Positions 12,012 through 24,020 of a stretch of DNA of 64,000 nt are shown piece by piece. The stretch is taken from positions 74,338,001-74,402,000 of the forward strand of contig NC_043001.1 in NCBI RefSeq assembly GCF_006345805.1. Reading direction: 5' to 3'. Origin of the DNA: Octopus sinensis. Its lineage: Eukaryota. Positions within the stretch are counted from its first letter, which is position 1. Each line of letters starts with the position of its first letter. The notes below the pieces were generated by a model. It did no database searches, had not been told where the DNA came from, and saw only the letters and a list, made by a program, of their open reading frames with translations. Position numbers and translations under genes: made by a program.

Positions 12012-14351
12012 CATTGGTTAACAAAATTAAATGTATTATATTCATTATGAATGCAAACCAACTTTTTTAGACTAATTTTTCATGCTGATTTCAAAATCTA
12101 TTTGTATGCAGCACGTATCAGTTTTTCGATAGTTACATGCAAACATTTATATATTCGTATATATGAAATCATTAACATAATAAATAAGGAATATTATTTC
12201 TAGAAAGTAAATGAGTTTATTGAGTTAAAAATCATTACAATCATTCTACAAAGAGTTAATACACAAAAAATGGGTCAGACAAAACAAAGTTAGAACAACA
12301 GTTAGAAACATTGTGATTTGGATTTCCTGCAGTGTTCCTGATCTGGTTGATCACGGTAAAGTGTCAAGCAGAAGTCAGCCAGCATACTGTCATTCCAGAA
12401 GCCTTGGTACGGTTTCTCCATTGCACTAATGTCCTGGAGAAATATTTCACCATGTTCACCAGACACTGCTCCAAGTTTATCTGCGAAGAAATCCAGATGG
12501 GATTCCAAGAAGTGAACTTTCAGTGACATGCAACAACCCATTGCTGAGTGACATTTCAGAAGATTCTTAATGCCATCCTTGTAGTCCATTGCCTTCTTGT
12601 TGCCCAAGAAATTCTCACAGGTCCAATTGAAAGCATTCCAGGCAGGGAGTTCCAGTTCATCCAATGTTGTCTTGAAGGTGATATCTTTGAGTACTTCTCT
12701 AATTTGGGGTCCGACAAAGATACCCTCTTTCAACCTCACCTGTGTGATTGTGGGAATCATTTCTACAATACACTCAAACCCTCTGGCATTTCTCTTCCCT
12801 AGTGTCTTTACAAACTGTTTCATCAGTCCAAGTTTTATGTGCAAAGGAGGCAATAGAACATTACATGGATCTAAAAGAGGTGTATTCTTGACGCTAGGCA
12901 ATCCTGGTTGGTATGATGTTCTTGTTTGCCAGTTTGATACCGAATAATGTTTGTCAGTTGCCTGACTATCTCATAGACACAAAAAACAACAGTATTTTGT
13001 GAAACCTGACTGCATTCCCATTAACATTCTAATGACTTTTAAATCTCCACATATTTTCCATGAGTATCTTTCATAAGCATTGGCATGAAGTAAAAGTTTC
13101 ATATTCTCATATGATTCATGAAGATGAACGGAGTGTGCAATAGGAATAGAGGGCTTCAAATTACCATTATGGAGAAGTACAGCTTTTAAACTTCATTTTG
13201 TAGAGTCAATAAACAAATCACACCTCTGCAGGATTATGATTTTGTAATAAACATTCGAAAAGTCCATCAATTTTACTGCAAAAGCAAAGCGGGCCTTCAA
13301 CAGAAAAATACTTGTGTAGAACCACATTTCTCTGCCGAAAATAAGTTATACGAACACCGTGCTCTAGCAGATCTCCTTCAGTCTTGATGTCAACAGTTCT
13401 ACTTTATCTTTTGAGAGGGATAGGTCTCTGACAAGATCATTCAGTTCAGTTTGAGAAAATTTCTGAGGTTCAATGCTATCGTCATCAGCCACGTAATCTT
13501 CCTCAGCAGCACTATCGTGACAGTCAGCATCATCATCTGATGCTTCAATACCATCATTTCGTGGAGCTGGAATTGGTAGGCTTCTATTGTGAGACACAGG
13601 TCTCATTGTAGAATCCAAAATGGGATACACAATTTTGTGTTTATTCTTCATAGAAAATCCTGTGATATTTACTTTGCTAAAATAACAGTCATTAAAATGG
13701 TCTTTCGGCTCCCTCTATATCATTTGAATGACAAAAGGCATGGCCCTCTTCTTATTGAACCAGTCACGTAAGCCATTTGAGCAAGCTGAGCAGATAAAGT
13801 GTGGTGCCCATAACTTGTCTTGATCTCCAAGAGGACAGTCAAAGTATAGCTTATAAATCCTCTTGATCTCTGATGTTGTACGTTTTTGAGCTTTCACAAT
13901 AAATTGTCCACAGACATAACAAAACACATTAGGACGATTTCTACACTTGACATTATTAACACTGTAAAACAAGAAAGGAAATAGATACAAACGGTTATAC
14001 TTATATTGAATTTGAGATGATGAAATATTTCATCGGAATAATTATGACTGAACAATTAGATGTTGAAATACCTATTTCACCAAACAAATTTGACTGGTTA
14101 ATTTAAGATGAACTATTGCATCTAAACTATGCAGCAATGAATAATATAGTTTATTTTAAAGGTATGTTTCCATGATGTAAATGAAATACATGAATACTAT
14201 ACAATGTATGAGCTAAAACTAAAAAAAAAATTTCTCATCTTAAAAACTGTACGGGATGTCAAAAAACTAACTGCATATTTGAAATCAGCATTAAAAACTA
14301 CACTAATTACACCTTGACTTATGCTTGATGAAAAATACTTGTTGACCAGTG
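12012..14351 (-). mobile_element. 2.3-kb TIR DNA transposon with fragmented transposase (superfamily uncertain; TA at right end suggests Tc1/mariner-related)
   Basis: Termini cattggttaacaa / ttgttgaccagtg-TA, with subterminal atgctgatttcaaa at both ends. Minus-strand ORF pieces: FCYVCGQF...LGDQDKLWAPHFICSAC; ICGDLKVI..GFTKYCCFLCL; LPPLHIKLGLMKQFVK...MSLKVHFLESHLDFF. Confidence 0.8.
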
Positions 14352-15760
14352 TAATTTTTAAGATAAGTTAAAATCTTTCTTCAAAAATTGTAACTATATC
14401 AAGAATTCTTAGTGGCTAGGGTATTTGGCTTACGATCGTGGCGGTGCATTGCGTCCTTTAACAAGACACTTTATTTTTCGCTGCTTCAGTTCACCCAGCT
14501 TGCAAAAATGTGTTGTACTTGTAATTCAAAGGGCTTATACTTGGTAGCATACTGGTAAAGCACGGTCACTTTCAGTGTTCGTTGTGTATTTGTGTATCCC
14601 ATGAGAGGGATCGATGCTAGATGTGTCAAAACAATTGTAGTTATTAATAAAAATTCTTCCATCTCTCACGCACACACACACACACGTGTGTGTGTGTACA
14701 CATGTATGTAATGTTATTCATACTTATGTATGCCTGGATATATAATAATTCTGTGAACAATTACGAATTACGAGTGAATGATTAACTTTACAAAATAACA
14801 CAACAATGTGTACACTTTAAGACCCACTAAACTTTGATATTTGAATTTTGGAGTCAAATTGTTTCACTACATATCATAGACTCTCTGCAATAATCCTGAG
14901 AACTGCATGAAAGTCTTATATTCAAATTGTCATCACTTATAAATTCGTTGCTTGTGATCCACCGGAAAAAAAATCAAAAAAATCAGTTGAGACTATGTCG
15001 TCTGCTGTTTTAAAATCATCAGAGTTACTCGGATTTGCTTCAATGTTTTTATTTTATCGTTTCTTCCACATTTTCCTTCCACGTTGCCTTCTTACAATTC
15101 CACCTATTTCTTTCTCTCTTTCTTACTCTTTCTTTCATTGTCTCTCATTTTCTCTCATTCATTCATTCATTCTTATTTTTGTTTTCATTTTCTTTTAGTT
15201 ATTTCTTTTCATTCTTCCTTTCTCTCGTTTTTTCCTTCATTCCTTCCTACCCTCAACTCATGTCCTGTCCTATCCTCACCAATAATTCCATCTCTTGAAT
15301 TCCGTTTCAAAATCTCAGCAGAAAGCAATCAACTACGATACAATTCCATTATTTCTATTTCTGCAGCCAATCTTAACCGATCCCGTCTATGTCAAAGAAC
15401 ATCTTAACAACACCGTTTTCACTATTCGCTTTATTTATATGGCATATGATTACCATTTATAACATCGACAAGGAATTAGATTGTTTGAGACTGCTTTTGT
15501 TAGGTTTTGTTCGGATTTTATTGTGTGGTCTTTATTGTTTGATGTTAATTTGGATATCTAGAATCAAGAAATAATGTTATTTGTTACTCTAGTGTATTCA
15601 CTTGCCATTCAAATAACTCTCTCAGACAAGCTATTTGTCTATCTGACTGTCTTCCTCTATTTCTCACTTTCTCTCTCACTATCTCTCTCTCTCACTCCAC
15701 ACATACACATACACACATGGAAAGAGACAGATAAACAGCTTATCTATGAAATAAATGTGT

Positions 15761-15827
<67 letters not shown>

Positions 15828-16107
15828 CACATACATACACACATGGAGAGAGACAAACAGCTTATCTGAGAAATATGTATGTAGCTATATATATATATAT
15901 AATGTATGACAGCAAGATGATAACGAGATAATTCAACGCCAAGCCAAAGCGTTTACTCACGTGACCTCTTTGGGAAAAATCAATAATCCTATATGGTCCC
16001 ATTTTTGAATACATTCCAATGTGGTGCATTCAACATTTGATACTTTTATTGTGTTAATATGGACGCAAGCTTGGCCAAATGGTTTAGAAGTTCGCTTCCC
16101 AATCACT

Positions 16108-16612
16108 GTGGAGGCGTGTGGCTTAGTGATTAGGGTGTCAGCATCATGCTCGTAAGATTGTGGTTTCGATTCCTGGACCGGGCGACGCGTTGTGTTCTTG
16201 AGCAAAACACTTCATTTCACGTTTCTCCAGTCCACTCAGCTGGCAAAAATGAGTAACGCTTCGATGGACTAGCGTCCCGTCCAGCTGGGGAACACATACG
16301 CCATTGAAACCGGGAAGTCGGGCCCATGAGACTGACTAGGCTTTAAAAGGGCGCATTTATTTTTGTGGAGGCACATGGCCTAGTGGTCGAGGGATTGCGG
16401 GTTCGAATCTCAGACCGGGCGATGTGTGTGTTTATGAGTCAAACTTCTGCTGACTCTTTCGCCGCAACTTTCTCTCACTCTTTCCTCCTGCATCTTGCAG
16501 CTCACCTGCGACGGACCGGCGTCCCGTCCAGGTGGGGAACCTATAGGCCAAGGAAACCGGGAAATCGGCCCTTATGAGCCAGGCATGGCTCGAGAAGGAA
16601 CAAACAAAAAAC
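16108..16612 (+). mobile_element. Two adjacent tRNA-derived SINEs (family 3-related)
   Basis: Heads gtggaggc(g/a)...tagtg...ggtt(t)cga(t/a)tc; shared core gga(c)...gcgtcccgtccag and gaaaccggga. Confidence 0.75.
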
Positions 16613-16887
16613 TTCACAATCACATGGTCCTAGTTTCGATCCCGTTGTACGACCTCTTGGGTCCAAGCGGCTTTTATCATAGCCTCAGGTTAGCTCTAGT
16701 CTTGTGAATGAAATTGGTTCAACGGAAACTGAGGAAGCCCGTCTTGTGGATTGTATCTGTAATTCAAAGGTTACATAAGTAGTGCACGTGGCTTATATCC
16801 TTATTCAGTAAGCAGGTAGTTCAGTTATTCAAACGATTGAATATTCATCGTTGAAAACGACGAAGATCCATTTCTTTACATTATCTT

Positions 16888-17120
16888 TTCTCTTTTACTT
16901 GATTCAGTCATTAGACTGTGGCCATGCTGGAGCAACGCCTTGAAGAATTTTAGTGGAACAAATCGACCCGAGTACTTATATTTTATTCTGTTTCAAGCTT
17001 CGTACTTATTCTTCCGGTCTCTGTTTGCCGAAACGTTAAGTTACAAGAGCGTAAACACACCAATACTTGTTGTGAAACGGTAGTGGGGACAGACCTAGAC
17101 ATACACATGAACACGCACGA

Positions 17121-17214
<94 letters not shown>

Positions 17215-17390
17215 CTCTCTCTCTCTATCTCTCTCACAAACTCACACTAACGACGGATTCTTCCAGTTTCCGTCAACTAAATTCCACTCACAAGGCTTTG
17301 GTCGGCCCGAGGCTATAGCAGAAGACACTTGTCCAAGGTGCCACGCAGTGGGACAGAACCCGGTAGCCTGTGGTTGGGAAGCATGCTACG
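16888..17390 (-). mobile_element. SINE family 1
   Basis: Reverse complement of the 4301-4709 element, with an internal (CA)n tract. Confidence 0.8.
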
Positions 17391-17589
17391 TCTGCAGCTA
17401 AATTTCCCATGTTTAGCAAAAAAAATAGAAGGATAATGTAGTCCTAGATATACCAAGACTAAAAAATAAAGGATGAGATGGTCACGGTTGGGATAGTTTT
17501 GATAATTGATATTCTTGATTTAGATTGACCTGGTGTAAACGACAGCAATAAAAGGGGAAACGAATAAATAATAATAATAATAGTAATAA

Positions 17590-17755
17590 TAATCCTTTCT
17601 ACAATAGGCCTGAAATTTTGGGAGAGGAGATTACTCGATTATATCATGCCCCAATGCTTAAGTAGTATTTATTTTATCGGCCCTGAAAGAGTGAAAGGCA
17701 GAGTCGACTTCGGCGGAATTTAAACTCAGAACATGAAGACGGGCGAAATGCTAGA
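17590..17755 (-). mobile_element. SINE family 2 fragment
   Basis: gaaaggcagagtcgacttcggcggaatttaaactcagaac. Confidence 0.75.
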
Positions 17756-18170
17756 CCAGACACAACAATTGTAGATAAGGAAAAGCGAAGTTGCTTACTT
17801 ATCGACCCGTCGTGCCTGTTTGATTCCAGGATCGTAAAGAAAGAGAAAGAAAAAAATACAATCCCTTAAAGTTTGAAATAGGAAGAATTTGGAGCATGCG
17901 AACAGTAAAGATTGTACCGCTAATAACTGGTGCGTTTGGAACAGTAAGTAAAGATATAGACAAATGGCTGAATAAGATTGAAATAGAATGCCCGGTAGAG
18001 TTCCTACAGAAAGTTTGTCTCTTATGGTCAGCAAGGATTATCAGGAGGGTTCTGAGCACTTGAAAGACTGCTGAAAACATATAATTATCTAAGGTTACAG
18101 GTAGTAACCCGCTATTCATATAATTCCTACCAAGAATAAGACCGAACTTGAGCCAAACCAAAATGATAAT
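17756..18170 (+). mobile_element. R4/Dong-like (restriction-like endonuclease) LINE 3' end
   Basis: Frameshifted translation ...KYNPLKFEIGRIWSMRTVKIVPLITGAFG...LQKVCLLWSARIIRRVLST*, similar to the C-terminus at 32.8-33.0 kb. Confidence 0.7.
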
Positions 18171-19092
18171 ATCATCATCGTCTCTTGACTTTTTCTAGTT
18201 TGAAAAGCTAGTTTATTCCACAGACTGTAGGAATATATTATATTACATCTATCCTAGTTTAACACGGGGTTTTGGAAAGGGGAAAAACAAAACCCGCGAT
18301 AAACGAATCATTCCAACGTATTTTGTAAATGGAGTGAATGGTTGATTCATTGACACCAAACAGGCAGCTGACAGCAACGACGCTTTCACTGTCATGTTAT
18401 TTTTTGGATCATCTCTACCTTTTCCCGTAGAGAATACACTTGTCTGCAATGTTTGTAAAGAACAAGCGCCTTCTTTTATTTTCTGTTTTCTGGTCCTATA
18501 TTGATGGGTACCAGTACGTAAATCTATATAACAAATTCTCAGCTTCACAGTACGCTCCTGTAAATATAAGCGATAGCCAGTGCATTCTGGATAACGGAAC
18601 ATTGTGGGTAGTCACTGAGGCGCGTTTTTGTGGTAGAAGCAGAATCTTTGACTATTTATAATTAGAATAATTTATATCTATTTATGCAAAAAAAACAAAA
18701 CAATACTAAAAATAAGACATGCGATATGTGGTAATAACAAAAAAATTGATTATTCTTTTCTGCATCATCCTAAAAGCTGGAGCTTAAGAAATGGTACAGA
18801 ACTAATTTCTGTTGAACTTCTTAGAAGTCTTGTGTTCTACATTGAACATAAAATAGTTCACAACTGAGCGTACTGCGTTACCTTGGATCAATGATAAAGG
18901 AATTAAGATAAACGAGGGTATATGTATATTATATTAACGCAGATGTGGTTGTATGGCAAGAAGTTTGCTTGTCATCCACATAGATCTGGGTTCAGTGCCT
19001 TCTACTATAGTCAAAATCCTTGTAAGTGGATTTCGTAGATGGAAACTGAAAGAATACCATCGTGTGTGTGTGTGTGTGTGTGTGAGATAGAA

Positions 19093-19136
<44 letters not shown>

Positions 19137-19139
<3 letters not shown>

Positions 19140-19580
19140 ATATTAAGAAAGGAGGTATAAGACGAGTATATTTATTTCACAAGTTGATATCCATAGGGTG
19201 ACGTCTGTTTCGCAGCCAACATCATGCAAAATAATTTATTTTAGGGTATAATAAATGATTTTACATGTCTACACTAATATGCATGCTATAAATTGCATAG
19301 TATTATTGTACATATTACAAACCAATGCAAATAGAGAAGGCTAGCTCTTCAGATCAACAGAATATCATGGTTACATCAATTTTTCAACTCTATGTCTGCA
19401 TTGGTTGGTAAAATGTACAATTTATAATATACATACTAGTGCAGACATGTAAAATAATTTATTAAGCGCTAAAATAAATAATTTTGTATGATGTTGGCTG
19501 CGAAACGGCCGTCATCTTATGGATATCAACTGGTGAAATAAATATATTCGTCTTATACCTCCTGGTTTTTTAAATATTCT
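19137..19580. mobile_element. ~440-bp imperfect fold-back element containing a hammerhead motif (PLE pseudo-LTR-like)
   Basis: Left arm ggaggtataagacgagtatatttatttcac...tttcgcagccaacatcatgcaaaat pairs with right arm attttgtatgatgttggctgcgaaa...gtgaaataaatatattcgtcttatacctcc; arms ~190 bp. Confidence 0.75.
19197..19355 (-). ncRNA. Type-I hammerhead ribozyme motif with long stem-II loop
   Basis: Minus strand: gat-CUGAAGA-gc(u)agcc...~120 nt...ggcugc-GAAA-cagacg-UC-acc. The right-arm copy reads GAAA-CGGCCG-UC-AUC (palindromic stem III, complementary to gat). Confidence 0.55.
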
Positions 19581-20259
19581 ATATACTCCTCATGAAATAA
19601 TCTTCACTAATTGGATTTACTGGGTTTCAATTGCATAGGACTCTATATTACACTCCTACATATTGGTTTACTATGTGGTTTGTCCATTAAGGGAGCTTTT
19701 TTGTGATTACTACCAGATTATATAAATCCATATATTTTATATTAAATAGATGTGTGTTTGTGTGTATTTGTGCCTGTGTTTGTTTCCCATCACCGCTTGA
19801 CATTTGATGTTGGTGTGTTTGCGTGTCGTAACTTAGTGGTTCGGCGAAAGAGACCAATTAAAATAAGGGCCAGGCTTAAAAAATAAGTTTTGGGGTCAAT
19901 TCGTTTGACAAAAATTCTTCATGGTGATGTCCCAGCATGGCCGCAGTCAACTGAATGAAATATGTAAAAGATAACTATATATTGTATTGCAAAATTTTCG
20001 TTGGAAATGCCATTTATCTAAAAGATAGAAGATTAATCTATTCCAGAGAAAAGTTTAAAATTTTCCTTCACCTGTATTCTGCAAAACACGAACACCACTC
20101 ATATTGATTTCAACAAATTTATTGGTTTTTCTTAACCTAGAAGATCATCAAAGACAATTCCATAATCATCAAAAGATTACAGAATCGTCTTATTATTTAG
20201 CTCAGTATTTCTCAAAGTGATTGGAACTGCCTCCTGAAGGGTTGCAGTGAAACTTTTAT

Positions 20260-20575
20260 AGGCGTTGGTATGGCTGTATAGTTAAGAAGTTCACTTTGCA
20301 ACCACATGGTTCCCGGTTCAATCCCATTGCGTAACACCTTGGGAATGAGTCCTCTACTATTGGCTTAGGCCGACCAACGCCTTGCGTGTGAATTTGGTAG
20401 ACAGAAACTGTGAGAAACCTGACGTGTGTGTTTGTGTGTGTGTAGTTAGGCAAAGAAGCCGACTAAATCAATACCGGATTTAAAATAAGTACTGTGGCCG
20501 ACTTGTTCCATTAACTCGACAAGACGGTGCTCCAGCATGACTAGTTGAATGACTGAAACATGTGAAATAGAAAAA
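20260..20575 (+). mobile_element. SINE family 1
   Basis: Head, core and tail similar to the 4301 copy. Confidence 0.75.
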
Positions 20576-20749
20576 AGGTTAAGAGTAATTACTGGAGACA
20601 AAGGAAATGGTAAAGGTGTTGGGTGTCAATAGATGCACCTGTACTGTTTTTGTAAGCCTTTGTCTCCTTTTTAAATACAATAAAATGTGACAAATTACGT
20701 GTTAGCTACAATCACAACGACAATGACACTGGCATCAACATTGGTATCA

Positions 20750-21150
20750 ATCCTTTCTACTATAGGCACAAGGCCTGAAATCTTTGGGGAGGAGAATAGT
20801 CGATTACATCGACCCCAGGGCTCGATTGGTACTGATTTGATCGACTTCGAAAAGACAAAAGACAAAATCGACCTTGGCGGAATTTGAACTCAGAACATAA
20901 AGACCAACGAAATACCTATTTCTTTATTACCCACAAGGGGCTAAACACAGAGAGGACAAACAAGGACAGACAAACAGATTAAGTCGATTGTATCGACTCC
21001 AGTGCGTAACTGGTACTTAATTTATCGACCCCGAAAGGATGAAAGGCAAAGTCGACCTCAGCAGAATTTGAACTCAGAACGTAACGGCAGACGAAATACT
21101 GCTAAGCATTTCGCCCGGTGTGCTAACGATTCTGCCAGCTCATTGCCTTA
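20750..21150 (-). mobile_element. Two stacked SINE family 2 copies
   Basis: Repeated gtcgacct...ggaatttgaactcagaac; the head gctaacgattctgccagctc ends at ~21141. Confidence 0.8.
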
Positions 21151-22244
21151 TCAATGATAATAATAGATTTCGAAATGTGAATAATTAACAAAATAAAATA
21201 CATATCACGTATCCTTATGGTGTTAGCTTAAAGTAGGGTGTGGCTGTGATAATTAATCACATGACTCAAATTAACACCCGGAATTAGATTATCCGTGACC
21301 TGATATTACGTGTATGTACATTGGAAATGGAATAGAGGCATAACATCGCTGCTGGGAAAAGTGTCAGTAAAAAACTGGCCGGAGGTCGAATTTTGCCATT
21401 TTTATAGCTGTAAACTATCCTTCTGGAAACTTAAACAATTTGGCGGAAATCACAAACCTTCCTTTGAAGGTTGCTGCATGAACTACAAGTCAGCCAGTGC
21501 TGATTGGTCAAGCCATATTCACATAGGAATTATTGTTTTTTGTGGCTGCACTTTTCCGTGGACCTAGACAGGTAAAATCAGAGAGCTATGATTCAGTACT
21601 CGACAACAGCTTCACAACACTTGTTTGTTTCTTTTTTCATATACTTCAAATCCTACATAATGGGTTCAAGTCTACTACAGGTATATAATCTCCCTTCTAA
21701 ACAAAACACTTAGTTATTCACACTCATTTTATTTAGCTGCGTAGAATAAGAGATATCCTGGTAATGTTCATCATATAATGGCACATTTTTCTTGGGCAAA
21801 TACTCTTTTCATCATTATAATGTTAGATATTCAAGTGCTAAGTGCTAACGTAATAAGATTCAATCAGATCCATGGAGTCATTTATTATTATTGCAATACT
21901 TTTGTATCTATTTTTGCTATTTCTTTATAAGTCATTTGCTGTCACTGATTTAGTGAGGTACTTAAGTAAAATTGTGTAATGCTTTGGATTGTTCTCCGAT
22001 ATTCTTAACTTAAATTTATTTTGTGCTCCTCTACATCAGTTTCGCTTCCAGCATATTCCAGTATATCGAGAAAACAGTAATATCTCCAGTGCCATTCCAT
22101 TCTTTATATATCTGTTCATGACATATCGCATTATTGCCATATATTAAGTTCGTATTATTATTTTTTTCTGTTTGGTACTCCATCGTCATATGTCTGAAAA
22201 GAGGTAAGATTTCTTAAAATTTCAAAAACAACAAACAAAAGACA

Positions 22245-22400
22245 GTCGTTGCTGTATGGTAAGAAGCTTCCTTCCCAACTACAAGGTTCTAAGTTCAGTC
22301 CCACTGTGTAGCACCTTGGCCAAGCGTCTTCTACTATAGCTCCGGGCTGACCAAAGTCTTGTGAGTGGATATGGTAGACGGAAACTGAAAGAAGCTCGTG

Positions 22401-22452
<52 letters not shown>

Positions 22453-22685
22453 TTGTATGTATGTATGCGTTTATATGTCTTTGTATCTGTTTGTCCCCCA
22501 TCATTACTTGACAATGTTTGTCTGTTTACGTCCCGTAACGTAGCAGTTCGGCAAAAGACCGATGGAATAAATACTTGGCTTAAAAAAAAATTAAAAAGTA
22601 CTGGGCCCAATTTGTTCGACCAAGACACTTCAAGGCGGTGCCCCAGCATGGCCGCTGTCAAATGACTAAAACAAGTAAAAGATAA
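22245..22685 (+). mobile_element. SINE family 1
   Basis: Head, core, (TA)n and tail as in the 4301 copy. Confidence 0.8.
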
Positions 22686-23799
22686 AGTTCAAGAGGAAAA
22701 ACAGAGCTACAAAAAAACAAACCAAAAAACAAAACAAAACAAACATAAAACAGTACGATTAAAATATTTTTCGTGTTAATGCAAATGACGTAAGAAAGGG
22801 TTAAAACAAATGGGAGGGGGAATAAAAAGAACGAACGAATTTATCTGACAATCCACTATGTCAACAGTCTGTCAGTTCATCAGTCTATTAGTAACATAGT
22901 TGAAGGAAAAACTCTTGGGAAGCATTTTTTAAAATACAAAATACAAACAGGGTAGGTCATCATATATTGAATGGAGTTAAAAAAATAAAAAAAATTCGCT
23001 CAACTGAGATTCTCTAAGTAATTAGTGGAAAAATCTCCTCATCAAGGGATAGGTTTCAAAATTTAAAAACCTGCAAGTTTATCAAAAATTTTTAACGGTC
23101 CATATCGGAGTGGGTCTTGTCTTCAAAACCAACTAGTGAAAGTAAGACACGTTTTGATCTTATTAAACCTTCTCAGTGGAACATATTCTACATAACTGGC
23201 AAGAATTACAAATGATAAGCTTATCTACTGCTAATACCCTAATCGCCAATCGCTAATGGTTGGGATGTTGCACTCAGGATCACGAGATTGTGGTTTTGAT
23301 TTCCGGGCCGGAAGCAATACACTTCGTTTCACGTAGCTCCAGTCCAGTTGGCTTTAAATGAGTAACTCTGCAACATACTGACGTCCTGTTCAGGAGGAAT
23401 GTTGTAGTCTCGGTCACATATATACGATGGAAACTGGTTAATCAGTCCTATGTGTCCAAGGACTCGAGATAGTGATGTCCAGTGGTTGTTAATGATGATG
23501 TATATTTATACATGTAAAAATGGATGTATTAACTATTTGATATTGAGACACTTCTTTCTGATTGAATCTGCAAACTAGTAAAGCCTTACAGTAGCTGGGG
23601 TCTGTACCATCAAATAGTTCTTTAATAGAACTTTGATGAAAATTTTGCTAACTTATGAGTGAAGTTCTTAAAAGTGAGGGGGCTGATATCATACGATGCT
23701 AATATGAGTTCCACGCTTCCATTAATCACGAGTTATTTGAGGATTGGAAACCATAAGACCCGAGTAGCGACTCACGCAGACTCACTCTGCTTAATGATA

Positions 23800-24020
23800 G
23801 TGGTTTCAAATTTTGGCACAAGGCCAGCAGTTTTGGGAGGAGGGGCCAAGTCGATTACATCGACACCACTATTCAACTGGTACTATTTTATCGAACCTGA
23901 AAGGATGAAAAGCAAAGTCAACCACGGCGGAACTTGAACTTACAACCTAGAGACGGACGAAATGCTGCTAAGCATCTTTCTCGGCGTGCTAACGATTCTG
24001 TCAGCTGCTACCTTACCCTG
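23800..24020 (-). mobile_element. SINE family 2
   Basis: gaaaggatgaaaagcaaagtcaaccacggcggaacttgaac...gctaacgattctgtcagct. Confidence 0.75.
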
